This document shows, piece after piece, positions 8,254 through 17,895 of a stretch of DNA of 32,000 nt. This DNA comes from Candidatus Electrothrix yaqonensis. GTDB taxonomy: Bacteria > Desulfobacterota > Desulfobulbia > Desulfobulbales > Desulfobulbaceae. The position numbers were made by a program, and so were the translations under genes. The stretch covers positions 2,130,001 through 2,162,000 of the forward strand of contig CP178758.1 in the NCBI GenBank assembly GCA_047651235.1. Direction: 5' to 3'. Numbering within the stretch: position 1 is the first letter of the stretch; each line of letters starts with the position of its first letter. A model generated the notes under the pieces. That model saw only the letters and a list, made by a program, of their open reading frames with translations. It was not told the DNA's origin and did no database searches.

Positions 8254-9717
8254 TCAACCGCCGTACATCGCTTCGAGCTTGTCCAGCAGCAGCTCATGAA
8301 TATTATCAAAGCCGCCGTTGGAGAGAATAGCGATAACATCACCGGGTCGGGCAAGTTCCGTAAGTCGATCAAGGATGGCTTCAGTATCGGGAAAATACTC
8401 TGCCGGAATGCCCTGCCTGTTCAGAGCGTCTGCCAGCTTTTGGGAGGAGAACTGCTGTTCCGGCGGCACATCAGCAAGAGGCACGATCTCCCGGACGATC
8501 ACTCTGTCCGCTCCGGCAAAGGCTTCCGCATATTGCTGCTGAAACACGGCCCGGCGGCTGGAGTTGGTCCGGGGTTCAAAGATAATGATCAGCCGCCGTT
8601 CCGGCCAGGCCAGCCGTAGAGCATGAACCGTCTCGCGGACTGCGGTGGGATGATGGGCAAAGTCGTCAATCACCGTAATGCCGTTCATCTCGCCCCTGAT
8701 CTGCTGCCGCCGTTTGACGCCTTCAAAAGATGCCAGCCCGTGCTTGATCGCTTCCTGCTCAACCCCGATATGTTCCATCAGGGCAATCACGGCCAGGGCG
8801 TTCAGGGCATTATGCTGACCGGGCATGGGCAGGCTGAATGCACCGAACAGGGTGCCATCCTTATATGCGGAAAAGGTGGACCTGAGACCGGTCACCGTCA
8901 GATCACGCAATTGCCAACAGCAGTCTTGACCGGTTCCGTAGCTGATCACCGGGCCGCTGCACAGCGTGGCGGTTTCAGTAACCATCGGGTCGTCCGTACA
9001 GGCGATCAGGACGCCATCAGGCGGGATCAGACCGACAAATCGGGCAAAGGAGGCTCTGATCTGCTCAAGATCAGTAAAGATATCCGCATGATCAAACTCA
9101 ATGGAGGTGAGAATTGCGTAATGGGGCCGATAGTGAAGAAACTTGGACACCTTATCGAAAAAAGCGGTATCGTACTCATCGCCCTCCACGACAAACAAAT
9201 CACCTTCGCCGATCCGGTAATTACGACCGAATGCCTCCACGATACCGCCGATAAGAAATCCAGGCGAATATCCGGCCCGGTACAGAGCAGTGGCCAGCAG
9301 AGAGGAGGTCGTGGTTTTGCCGTGCGTTCCGGCAACCACCAGAGATTTTTTCGCCTCCGCACCGCCGAGGAAAAAATGTCCCAGAGCTTGGGGCATTGAT
9401 ATATAAGGAATATTCAGCTCAGCCAGCCGCTGCGCCTCAGGGTACACTGCCCGGATCACGTTGCCGACAATGACCAGATCCGGTCGGGGTTCCAAGTTTT
9501 CCGGAACATAGCCCTGCATGACCGCAATCCCGGCCTTGGCAAGAAAGTCGGACATGGGAGGATACACGTTCTGATCCGAACCGGTAACCCTGTACCCGCT
9601 TTCCTGCAGCATCCCGGCCATCGCTGCCATACCGGTCCCGCAGATTCCCATGATGTGAATATGACGGATGTTCTCCGGCACAAGATTGAGCCGGGGATCA
9701 GGCTGTTCCGACATCAT
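8254..9717 (-). CDS. mpl: UDP-N-acetylmuramate:L-alanyl-gamma-D-glutamyl-meso-DAP ligase (murein peptide ligase)
   Basis: 487-aa Mur-ligase ORF. 'HIMGICGTGMAAMAGML', 'GSDQNVYPPMSDFL' and P-loop 'GTHGKTTTSS' match the N-terminal pattern of Mpl rather than MurC. Confidence 0.9.
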   Translation of the reverse strand: MMSEQPDPRLNLVPENIRHIHIMGICGTGMAAMAGMLQESGYRVTGSDQNVYPPMSDFLAKAGIAVMQGYVPENLEPRPDLVIVGNVIRAVYPEAQRLAELNIPYISMPQALGHFFLGGAEAKKSLVVAGTHGKTTTSSLLATALYRAGYSPGFLIGGIVEAFGRNYRIGEGDLFVVEGDEYDTAFFDKVSKFLHYRPHYAILTSIEFDHADIFTDLEQIRASFARFVGLIPPDGVLIACTDDPMVTETATLCSGPVISYGTGQDCCWQLRDLTVTGLRSTFSAYKDGTLFGAFSLPMPGQHNALNALAVIALMEHIGVEQEAIKHGLASFEGVKRRQQIRGEMNGITVIDDFAHHPTAVRETVHALRLAWPERRLIIIFEPRTNSSRRAVFQQQYAEAFAGADRVIVREIVPLADVPPEQQFSSQKLADALNRQGIPAEYFPDTEAILDRLTELARPGDVIAILSNGGFDNIHELLLDKLEAMYGG

Positions 9718-9893
9718 AGCTCCTTGGCCGACCGTTTGACGGTGTTGAACACCCGTTCATAATGTTCTTCAAAACTGCCCGGAGTCACCCGGCCCATTTC
9801 AATGAATTTGACAATGATTTCCTTGGTCACCTTTAAAATCGCCTCATCTGTGACTGGCCGATTATAGGTTTGTTTTTTCTGCTGCTCGCTCAT
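9714..9893 (-). CDS. Hypothetical 59-aa protein, translationally coupled to mpl
   Basis: 'MSEQQKKQTYNRPVTDEAILKVTKEIIVKFIEMGRVTPGSFEEHYERVFNTVKRSAKEL'. Its TGA stop overlaps the mpl ATG (ATGA at 9714-9717). There is no SD. An A10 run on the coding strand (9903-9912) lies just upstream. The start is uncertain, since the track ORF extends to a GTG at 10013. Confidence 0.4.
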   Translation of the reverse strand: MSEQQKKQTYNRPVTDEAILKVTKEIIVKFIEMGRVTPGSFEEHYERVFNTVKRSAKEL

Positions 9894-10051
9894 GAGGCGC
9901 TGTTTTTTTTTTGGAAATACAGGGAAGAAAAAAGCCCCTGTCACCGCGAAGAAGGCCAATTCCAAGTCCGGCGACAGGGGTTGTCTCACACAGGAAAAAC
10001 CCTTCTCAGGCACTCCCCGGGAGAACTTTGACAGAATTCCGGCGGGTCCGA

Positions 10052-10663
10052 TCAGCTCTTTGCCAGCGCATCAAAATCAACCGCCTCAGCATATTTGATC
10101 AGGGTTTCCCGGTCAACATTGTATCCTTTCACTGTCACTATAAAACGGCTGACCACAACAATATTGACCTCGCCCTTGCGCTCTTTTTCATCATATTTGA
10201 TCATGGCGCGCTGCCGTTTGATGGTATTGACAACCCCGCCGGAAGCACCGGCAAACATGGGATTGTTGAGCAGTACCATAATGGACTGCAGAACCGGCGA
10301 ATCAGAAACCAGCTCAATGGAAAGGGTGGAACCGTCCTCAGTGAAATAATCCCGGCTCACGGTCAGACCGCCGCCGAAAACCGCCGTCCCCAGGGCCTGA
10401 GAGGTGGCAGGTTTGGCCTGCCAATCCGCAAGAGGCTCCGGGAGCAGGTTCTTCATCTGTTCACTTTTTTTCTGCCGGATCAGCTGCCCGGCATAGTCAA
10501 GGTTGGACACTGCACCGGCGTACTCACTGGCTTTGTATTGCCTGACCGCCTCATCAATGGTTGTCAGGATGTCATCTTTTTTTTCAGCGGCATACGCCGG
10601 GATACAGGCTGCGGCGAACAGGATCAGACCGCTTAAAATAACAGGAAAAAATTTATTTCTCAT
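10052..10663 (-). CDS. Hypothetical secreted/periplasmic protein (203 aa)
   Basis: Clear Sec signal peptide 'MRNKFFPVILSGLILFAAACIPAYA/AE'. I recognise no other domain. Confidence 0.75.
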   Translation of the reverse strand: MRNKFFPVILSGLILFAAACIPAYAAEKKDDILTTIDEAVRQYKASEYAGAVSNLDYAGQLIRQKKSEQMKNLLPEPLADWQAKPATSQALGTAVFGGGLTVSRDYFTEDGSTLSIELVSDSPVLQSIMVLLNNPMFAGASGGVVNTIKRQRAMIKYDEKERKGEVNIVVVSRFIVTVKGYNVDRETLIKYAEAVDFDALAKS

Positions 10664-10716
10664 GAACGGATTCTCTTGTTATGGTTCCGTAGAGCTGATT
10701 CGTCTTGTCTTCTTAT

Positions 10717-10745
10717 GTGATACCCCCGGAGGCAGGCAGTGTCAA
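10717..10745 (-). promoter_or_regulatory. Candidate sigma70 promoter for the secreted-protein / small ORF / mpl unit
   Basis: Minus strand TTGACA (complement of 10740-10745), 17-nt spacer, TATCAC (complement of 10717-10722). It sits about 55 nt upstream of the ATG at 10663. Confidence 0.4.
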
Positions 10746-10819
10746 GCGGGAACAGGGATGCCGGACAGCCATCTCTCCGTCTGTACTGTACACTTTATAC
10801 TCGGAGATTCAGTGGAAAT

Positions 10820-12229
10820 TCAACGCTGCTGGTATATCAGATAGTTTCCGGGACGTCCGGGAGCGACAACCACCTTGTTTCTTCCCCTGTTTTTTGCCTG
10901 ATACAGGGCAATATCAGCTGACTTGATCACTTCTGCCGCAGTCAGGCCGTGCTCCGGGAAAGCGGCAACCCCCAGAGAGGCTGTGACTGTGTATTCCTCG
11001 CCGTCCATAGTCACTGCCAGTCCTTCAATTCCCTGCCGCAGATTTTCTGCCCGTTTATGCGTATTTTCCAATGAGGCTCCGGGCAGAATAATAAAAAGCT
11101 CCTCCCCTCCGTAACGGCAGGCGATATCCTCATCCCGAACACCCTCAACCAGAAATTTTCCCAGCTCACTGAGTACTTTGTCCCCCAGTTCGTGTCCGTA
11201 GGTATCGTTGAACACGTTGAAATGATCCACGTCAATCATAATCACCCCGAGAAACAGCTTATGGCGCTGTGCCCGGCTGATTTCCCGCTGAAAGGAAGCC
11301 TCCATATGCCGCCGGTTGTACAGGCCGGTCAACGGATCCCGGGTCGCCTGGAATTTCAGGGTTTCACGCAGACGCAGATCAATGAGGTTCATAGCATACC
11401 GGTCCGCTATACTGCTGAAGAGCCGCTGTTTTGCAGCGAAAATACGTTCTCTCTCCCGTTCCGGGTGCTCTGTTTTTTCCGGGCGGATAAGCAGATGCAT
11501 CATGCCGAACATCTGGCCGTGTGCAATCATGGGTACGCACAGACAGCTTTCCTCCGGTGACATCTTTACATGGGGACAGACCGGGCTGATTTTCGGATTC
11601 TGCACAGCATGTATTTTTCCCCGACGGACAGCCCAGCATTGTCGCTGTTCAAACTCCTGCCGGTCACAGGTTATCTCCCCCCAGGAATCCACGATTCTGA
11701 ACTGGCTCTCGGCATCATCCAGGAGACTGAGATAACCGGCATCCGAAGGGAACAGACGACGGCAGGTGCCGGTCAGCACATGATAGGTCTCCTCTTCCGA
11801 CTCACAGGTCTGGAGAAATTCACCTAACTGCTGCAGGGCCTGCATCTCCTGGTTGCGGCGGGCAAGCTCCTCTACTGTTGCGATCAGCCGGGAGTTGGCT
11901 GCGGTAAGTTCTTCGGTACGCTGCTGCAGCTCCTGTTTCAGGCGGATATGTTCCGTAATTTCCTGTTGCAGCCGTTCATTTTTCCGCTTCAGCGCCTCCT
12001 GCTGCTTCCGGATCCTGAGGTCAGCACTGAGCAGTTTATCCTGGGTTGTGTCAGTTCGTTTTGACAGCTGAATAAGCTGCTGCAGAACAGCTGTATACTC
12101 CTCAGCCAGGACGCAGCAGTTTTCCCGCAGCATTTTCGGCGACAGAGAAGGATCAGCAAAAGATTTGCGCAAATTTTCCAGGAGAGTGTATTTATCCTGA
12201 TACGGCTCCTGAGAACTGTCTGTCTTCAT
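10820..12229 (-). CDS. Diguanylate cyclase: coiled-coil - GAF - GGDEF
   Basis: 'RDPLTGLYNRRHM', 'IDVDHFNVFNDTYGHELGD' and active site 'RYGGEEL', with an RxxD I-site ('RDED') five residues upstream. A long heptad-rich N-terminal region precedes a GAF-like middle. The ATG at 12229 is preferred; a GTG at 12295 is also possible. Confidence 0.9.
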   Translation of the reverse strand: MKTDSSQEPYQDKYTLLENLRKSFADPSLSPKMLRENCCVLAEEYTAVLQQLIQLSKRTDTTQDKLLSADLRIRKQQEALKRKNERLQQEITEHIRLKQELQQRTEELTAANSRLIATVEELARRNQEMQALQQLGEFLQTCESEEETYHVLTGTCRRLFPSDAGYLSLLDDAESQFRIVDSWGEITCDRQEFEQRQCWAVRRGKIHAVQNPKISPVCPHVKMSPEESCLCVPMIAHGQMFGMMHLLIRPEKTEHPERERERIFAAKQRLFSSIADRYAMNLIDLRLRETLKFQATRDPLTGLYNRRHMEASFQREISRAQRHKLFLGVIMIDVDHFNVFNDTYGHELGDKVLSELGKFLVEGVRDEDIACRYGGEELFIILPGASLENTHKRAENLRQGIEGLAVTMDGEEYTVTASLGVAAFPEHGLTAAEVIKSADIALYQAKNRGRNKVVVAPGRPGNYLIYQQR

Positions 12230-12353
12230 TATGCCTGCCCGGTCAGCCTGTTCAGCACAAGGGGGAAAACAGGAGCCCCTGTCCTGTACCTGCACCCGGA
12301 GTTTTCCGATTTTTTCTTTCAGACATGCTCTGTCCTCCCTGTGTAGCTTAAGC

Positions 12354-14354
12354 TTACCAGTCTATCCGCAGGGTGTTGTCCAGAGCATCGGCTCTGATGA
12401 TGCGTACCTTGACCGTATCCCCCGGCTCCACCGGAAAGGCAGGATTAGGCGCGAGATCAACATCAAACAGGCAGTCCAGGAGAAGCAGATTGACCCGCCT
12501 GGGACCGTGACTGACCACCAGCGCGGAAACCCTGGTGCCTACTTTTTCCTCCAGATAGCGAATAATCCAGTACCGGTGCCGCTGCTGGCGGACTTTATTG
12601 GCCCGGGCCAGTTTCTGCTGAATGGTTCCGGCAAAATTTCTGCATATATCAGCGGAAAACTGCAGCCCCTGTCCCCGGATCAGACTGGCGATCTGCAGCT
12701 GCATGGATGTATCCAGAAAACGGCGGATAGGTGAGGTGACCGTGGTATAGCAGTTCAGTCCCAAGCCGGAGTGGGGTTTTGGATGAGCAGTCAGCTCACC
12801 CCGTGCCAGGAAACGCCGCTGGCAGGCAATATCCTGCAGGCTGTTATTTACCCCTGAAATCAGCCTCTTGATTGGCAGAGCCTGAGAACGGAACAGGCCC
12901 GGGGCTTCTTGGGCGGTGAGATAATCGGCAGCTACGCCGTTGGCCAGGATCATGCATTCGGAGACCAGATTTCTCGAGGCACTGTCCGAGGGTGTGAGAT
13001 TGATGGAGACTCTCCCGTCCCCGTTCACATACATATTGACGTCAGGGAAGGAAAGAAGCAGAGCTCCCCGTTCAACCCGCTTCAGGCGGAGCTGACGGCG
13101 AATTGTATTAAGCTGGCGCAGATCCGGATCTGTTTCGATGAGCTTATCTGCTTCCGTATAGCTGAGCTGCCGTTTCACCTGAATAACACTGGGGACAATC
13201 CTGCTGCTCAGAATATCTCCCTCCTCCGAGACCTTGACCAGAAAACTGATTGCCGGGCGTACCCTGCCTTTAATCAGACTGAATACCCCCTGGGAGAGCT
13301 CTCTGGGGATCATAGGAATCTGGCCTTCCGGGAAATAGAGCGAGGTGGCCCGCTCCATGCCCTCCAGAAACAACGGGTCTTTGGGGGAAATAAAACAGCT
13401 GACGTCCGAGATGTGGATACCGACGAGCAGGCCGTCCTCAAATTTTTCTACATGCAGGGCATCGTCGTAATCACGGGTGGAGGCTCCGTCAATGGTGAAA
13501 ATATCCAGATCCCGGAAATCCCTGCGTTTAGGATCAGCCAGCAGCTCTTCAGCAGAGGGTTCGGCAATACTTTCGGCATGAGCCAGCAGTTCCGGCGTGA
13601 ACTCCACCGGCTGTTCCGCCCGGAGCAGAGGAAGATTTTCATCCCGCGCCCAGACTCCGGCCCGGACCAGCAGCTGGTAGGCGTCATTAGGACGGTGCAG
13701 CTCAGCTTTTTTCAGGAGCTGACGCACCATGTCCGCCTGTTCCGCCTCGCTGCCGAACAGGACAAAATCAGCAATCCAGACCAGCACACGGTCCCGGTCC
13801 GGCCAGTCTTCAGCTGTCACCTGGCCGCCGTCCATGATCGTCCGCAGATTGACGGCACCGGCAGTCAGCAGCTCCTCTTTTTCCTTTTCCTTCTGCCGCT
13901 GATGCCGGAGCTGTTCCACCTGTTCCGGCGTGTGCACATTGACCATTTCGTTTTTATATTTAAAAAAGAAACGGTCCGTAAAAACAGCACGCAGAAAGGC
14001 GGCCGACTGGTCATCGTTCAGCTCGTCGCCGAACGACAGCTCGGCAAGAAAATCAGCCGGAAAGGCGGATTGATCCTCTTCACTGGCCAGCTCCCAGATT
14101 TCCTCCAGCGGTATGGAATCGGTCAGAACAGCTCGCCGTTCCGCCATTTCCTGCAGCAGAGAGATCCGGTCTTCGCGGCTGCCGTCAAGCTGGTGTTTTG
14201 TTTTGGATGCCGTCACCACGCGGGAAACAGGCAGATTCATTTCGCGGCCGTTCTGGTTGAGCAGGCGCAGGCGGTTGTTGCTGTCCTGCAGGACAAGGCC
14301 GCAGATAAACCGTCCGCTGTCAAGGTATTCAACGATAGTTCCGGGAGGTGTCAT
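12354..14354 (-). CDS. rnr: RNase II/R-family 3'-5' exoribonuclease
   Basis: 666-aa ORF with RNB catalytic motif '[18 protein letters not shown]', '[11 protein letters not shown]', 'TSPIRRFLD' and a C-terminal S1-like fold. Confidence 0.9.
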   Translation of the reverse strand: MTPPGTIVEYLDSGRFICGLVLQDSNNRLRLLNQNGREMNLPVSRVVTASKTKHQLDGSREDRISLLQEMAERRAVLTDSIPLEEIWELASEEDQSAFPADFLAELSFGDELNDDQSAAFLRAVFTDRFFFKYKNEMVNVHTPEQVEQLRHQRQKEKEKEELLTAGAVNLRTIMDGGQVTAEDWPDRDRVLVWIADFVLFGSEAEQADMVRQLLKKAELHRPNDAYQLLVRAGVWARDENLPLLRAEQPVEFTPELLAHAESIAEPSAEELLADPKRRDFRDLDIFTIDGASTRDYDDALHVEKFEDGLLVGIHISDVSCFISPKDPLFLEGMERATSLYFPEGQIPMIPRELSQGVFSLIKGRVRPAISFLVKVSEEGDILSSRIVPSVIQVKRQLSYTEADKLIETDPDLRQLNTIRRQLRLKRVERGALLLSFPDVNMYVNGDGRVSINLTPSDSASRNLVSECMILANGVAADYLTAQEAPGLFRSQALPIKRLISGVNNSLQDIACQRRFLARGELTAHPKPHSGLGLNCYTTVTSPIRRFLDTSMQLQIASLIRGQGLQFSADICRNFAGTIQQKLARANKVRQQRHRYWIIRYLEEKVGTRVSALVVSHGPRRVNLLLLDCLFDVDLAPNPAFPVEPGDTVKVRIIRADALDNTLRIDW

Positions 14355-14380
14355 TGTTATGGTTTGTTTCAGTATACGAT

Positions 14381-14437
14381 GGGCAGCAGATAAGGTGACT
14401 TCGGGCAGCAGATAAGGTGACTTCGGGCTGCAGATAA
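14381..14437. repeat. 22-bp tandem direct repeat, 2.6 copies
   Basis: GGGCAGCAGATAAGGTGACTTC occurs at 14381-14402 and identically at 14403-14424. A 13-nt partial third copy with one mismatch follows (14425-14437). The repeat lies 27-83 nt upstream of the rnr ATG (minus strand). Confidence 0.95.
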
Positions 14438-14715
14438 TTTCCAGAGAATTGAGTGCCGGAATCCAACAATATCAGCCGGGCTGTGCTCTGTCAAAGATTC
14501 CCTTTTTTCTTTCTGATTCCGGCCTGCCCTCTATCATGATTCTGTTTACTTCAGTATACCTGTAACACAATAAAGATACAAAAACTTTACCGGACAATTC
14601 CGGATAATTCTGTCGGACAGGAAAAAAGTCTGCAGAAACTGTTGCATGTCCGGAAACGCATGGTACAGTGCAGCGGCACCGGGTTTCACATTTCACCTTC
14701 CGCAGAGAAAAAAAT

Positions 14716-15678
14716 ATGCATTCCGCCCCTTCTGAACAGCCTTCCGGACAGCTGACACCGCAGGAACACCGCTCCGGGGTGGTTGCTGTTCTCGGCCCGC
14801 CCAATGCCGGGAAATCCACCCTGCTCAACAGGTACCTGCAGCAGAAAATCGCCATTGTCACGCCGCTGCCCCAGACCACCCGCAACCGGATCGCAGGGAT
14901 TATCACCGGCCCGGACTATCAGATGATCATGCTTGATACCCCGGGCCTGCACAGGGCCGGAGAGCTGCTCAACCGGGAGATGGTGCGTATTGCTCTGGAT
15001 ACGCTCGGCGAGGCCGACGCAGTGCTCTTTCTCGCTGATGCTCAGGCAGCCCGGACGATGCTGGCGGATAAAAATAAAAAAAAGGCAGAAAAACGGCAGG
15101 CGGAATATAACGAGTATTTCAGTAAAATTCCCTGTCCGGCAATACTGGCGCTGAACAAGGTGGACCTGCTGCAGAAAGAAGAGCTGCTTCCCATAATTGA
15201 CTGGTTTACCGCCCTGCATCCCTTTGTCGAGGTAGTGCCGATTTCCGCCCTTGACGGAGACGGCACAGATATTCTCTTGGACACCCTGGTCCGACGCCTG
15301 CCGCCGGGGCCGCAGTACTATCCGGATGACATTCCCACAGATGCCAGCGAACGGTTCATTGTGGCCGAGCTGATCCGAGAAAAAATTTTTCTCCGTACCC
15401 GCCAGGAAATTCCCTATTCAACTGCTGTGCTGATCGATTCTTTTAAAGAAAGCCCGCAAGGCGGCCCGGTAGTTATTCACGCAACCATACTGGTGGAGCG
15501 GGGTTCCCAGAAAGGTATTCTCATCGGCCGACAGGGCAGGATGCTGGGGGATATCCGCAAAGCAGCAACACAGGAGATTGAACAGCTGCTCGGCTGCAGG
15601 GTCCAGCTCAAGCTCTGGATCAAGGTCAAGAAAAAATGGACAGACAACGAACAGATATTACGGGAGCTCGGCATGTAG
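14716..15678 (+). CDS. era: GTPase Era
   Basis: G1 'GPPNAGKSTLLN', G3 'DTPG', G4 'NKVD', and C-terminal KH domain 'VERGSQKGILIGRQGRMLGDI'. The ATG at 14716 is preferred over the GTG at 14668. Confidence 0.9.
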   Translation: MHSAPSEQPSGQLTPQEHRSGVVAVLGPPNAGKSTLLNRYLQQKIAIVTPLPQTTRNRIAGIITGPDYQMIMLDTPGLHRAGELLNREMVRIALDTLGEADAVLFLADAQAARTMLADKNKKKAEKRQAEYNEYFSKIPCPAILALNKVDLLQKEELLPIIDWFTALHPFVEVVPISALDGDGTDILLDTLVRRLPPGPQYYPDDIPTDASERFIVAELIREKIFLRTRQEIPYSTAVLIDSFKESPQGGPVVIHATILVERGSQKGILIGRQGRMLGDIRKAATQEIEQLLGCRVQLKLWIKVKKKWTDNEQILRELGM

Positions 15679-15734
15679 AACCCTCCGGCAGCACCTGATC
15701 TATGCTATCGCTATCTGCGCGGCCCAGCTGTGGC

Positions 15735-16295
15735 TCAGAGCAGGACGATAATAATAAAGGTCAACGAGAAGCCCACAACAAAGTAGATGGCAGGCGCCTG
15801 CAGCCAGACCGGCGGCAGCCATTCAATAAGCCGCAATGCTGCGTCACCGGCGCGTGTTCCCGCTTCGGGCGGTATTATAATATAATCGGGAACCGGATAC
15901 TTAGCCAGATGCAGAAAATACCAGATAGTACCGACCAACAGGTAGCCGTTGCAGGCCCCGAAAAGTCCTCCCAGCATGATATCCTGCAGCCAATGACGGA
16001 CCAGACTTTTCTTTTCTTTGGACAGACTGGTGTTGATCCGTTGATTGTTCGGCGTATGGTACCCGAAAATCGCAAACACGATAATAACCAGAGAAGAAAG
16101 ATAAAACTGGGTCTGTCCGCTCCAGGCTCCCCACAGCTTCTTGACAGGCCCGACATGGCCCAGAGCAATCTGCATGAGGAATAATGCCAGGATGATGCTG
16201 AAGCTGACAAGCAGCTCCTTGACCCAGCCGCGTACTGCGCCGATGACAGCAAAGAGCACAACAAGTGTCCAGAAGAAAAAGCTGAGTGTAATCAT
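15735..16295 (-). CDS. cvpA: CvpA-family integral membrane protein
   Basis: 186-aa multi-TM protein beginning 'MITLSFFFWTLVVLFAVIGAVRGWVKELLVSF', the CvpA-like GxxRGxxxE start. The internal ATG at 16295 is used; the upstream part of the track ORF overlaps the ppk2 3' end. Confidence 0.6.
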   Translation of the reverse strand: MITLSFFFWTLVVLFAVIGAVRGWVKELLVSFSIILALFLMQIALGHVGPVKKLWGAWSGQTQFYLSSLVIIVFAIFGYHTPNNQRINTSLSKEKKSLVRHWLQDIMLGGLFGACNGYLLVGTIWYFLHLAKYPVPDYIIIPPEAGTRAGDAALRLIEWLPPVWLQAPAIYFVVGFSLTFIIIVLL

Positions 16296-16404
16296 TCGAT
16301 TTTCCCGTAGCTGTTTGTGTTGTTGTCCTGCCGTCACGCAGTACGTTTCTCTCAATAATAAATTGTACAAAGACGGCACAACACCTGTCAAGGCTGTCGG
16401 GGAG

Positions 16405-17364
16405 TTATCCTCTGAGTTGTTGAGGCTGAAAAAGATATTTTTCCATATGCTTGATTTCACTAATACCTGAGATGACGATTGCCGGATCTGGCATGAGCTG
16501 TTCAGCATCTATCTTCTTCGCATATTCAATATTGGAAAGAATATGCTTCATACAGTTGATCCTGGCCTTTTTCTTGTTGTCGGAGCGGATAATGGTCCAC
16601 GGCGTAAGGGTCCGGTTGGATTCGTTGAGCATCTGAAATTTTTTCACACTGTATTTATCCCAGAGCTGCTGGGCCAGATTGTCCACCGGTGACAGTTTGT
16701 ATTGTTTGAGGGGATCGTGTTTTCTGGATTCAAAGCGGCGGGACTGCTCTTCCTTGGAAACGGAAAAATAAAATTTAAACAGGATGATGCCGTCCTTGAC
16801 TATCATCCGTTCAAAAAAAGGTACATCCTTCAGAAACCGTTTGTGCTGCTTATCTGTGCAGAAACCCATGACCGGCTCCACCATAGCCCGATTATACCAG
16901 GACCGGTCAAAGAGCACCAGTTCCCCGGCTGCCGGAAGGTGGGGAGCATACCGCTGAAAATACCACTGGGTCACCTCGGTATCACTGGGTTTTGACAGGG
17001 CAACTACACGGGTATTACGGGGATTGAGAAAGGCGGTAATCCGCTTGATAGTTCCGCCCTTGCCTGCTGCGTCACGCCCTTCGAAAATGGCCAGCACCCG
17101 CATTCCGGTCGCCTTCATGTGCTTCTGCAGCTTCATAAGTTCGATCTGCAGAGTCTTCAGCTCAATTTCATACTCCAGGGTGCTCTTTTTAATCCAGATC
17201 GCCCGACGGCCTTTTTTCTCCTTTTTTTTCATATTTTTCATCGCCGTCCCTTCAAGGAGCTTCACCTCGACCGGGCAGTCAGTCTGTTGTTCTGTTTTTT
17301 TAGCCTGTTCATCCTGTTCATCCTGTTCAGCTTGTTTAGTCTGTGTGTCTTTCTCGTCTGCCAT
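16405..17364 (-). CDS. ppk2: Polyphosphate kinase 2
   Basis: 'FEGRDAAGKGGTIKRI' (Walker A), 'FDRSWYNR', 'QWYFQRY'. AAGGA SD lies 8 nt upstream of the ATG. Confidence 0.9.
   Translation of the reverse strand: MADEKDTQTKQAEQDEQDEQAKKTEQQTDCPVEVKLLEGTAMKNMKKKEKKGRRAIWIKKSTLEYEIELKTLQIELMKLQKHMKATGMRVLAIFEGRDAAGKGGTIKRITAFLNPRNTRVVALSKPSDTEVTQWYFQRYAPHLPAAGELVLFDRSWYNRAMVEPVMGFCTDKQHKRFLKDVPFFERMIVKDGIILFKFYFSVSKEEQSRRFESRKHDPLKQYKLSPVDNLAQQLWDKYSVKKFQMLNESNRTLTPWTIIRSDNKKKARINCMKHILSNIEYAKKIDAEQLMPDPAIVISGISEIKHMEKYLFQPQQLRG
17304..17329. repeat. 9-bp in-frame tandem repeat (3 copies) in the ppk2 5' end
   Basis: CCTGTTCA occurs at 17304, 17313 and 17322 with period 9. It encodes the 'EQDEQDEQ' acidic tail on the minus strand. 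Confidence 0.9.
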
Positions 17365-17625
17365 GATGTTTTCCTTTGTGCTTTGTGCAATGATGAACGA
17401 TTCCGGTTGCTCCGATTACTTCTGAAACGGGCAGGACGCGGGCAGTCCCCCTGATGACCTCGGACAAGCAGCCATACATATATTCTATTTTTCAGCAATA
17501 CCATATTTCATTCTGAAATGGAAATAATTCTCTGTTGTTTTGCTTCGGGCTGCAGGTTTTTCCGGTGCCCGAAACAGGCTGCAGAAGGTTTCTGTATATT
17601 CTTATACAAAAAGTTGAACCAAATA

Positions 17626-17895
17626 TCATTCTGTTTCCTCTTTCCCTGTAAAATATCCTTGACTCCGACACAAGTTATGAGATTTAATTATACATAGTAA
17701 TATATCTTTTAAATGTAGATCAGGAGTCAATCCTTCCTGCTGAGTTGACGCATAAAGTTGGCTTCTTGCTATAGCGTAATAATTACTATATTGTAGGCGT
17801 TTCCCCTGTAGTCTTGGATAGAAAATGTTGCTGAAAATAACTGGTCCAAAAAACAGAATATAAATTTTTATACCTGTTAAGTTTCTAATAGGCAT
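17626..17895 (-). CDS. Doubtful hypothetical ORF (89 aa) in an AT-rich patch
   Basis: It is the only ORF of 60 aa or more in the AT-rich 17.6-17.96 kb stretch. It has no SD and no recognisable motif, and may be non-coding. Confidence 0.2.
   Translation of the reverse strand: MPIRNLTGIKIYILFFGPVIFSNIFYPRLQGKRLQYSNYYAIARSQLYASTQQEGLTPDLHLKDILLCIIKSHNLCRSQGYFTGKEETE

Noticed and set aside
12909-14393. 494-aa plus-strand ORF antisense to the RNase R-family gene
   Set aside because: It is codon-aligned with the real minus-strand gene (14354-12909+1 is divisible by 3). It stays open simply because the sense gene avoids TTA/CTA/TCA codons. The product is low-complexity with no motifs.
14381-14437. 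Possibility that the 22-bp tandem repeat is a mini CRISPR array
   Set aside because: The repeats are directly abutting with no spacers. There are only 2.6 units, and no cas genes or leader. It is a plain tandem duplication.
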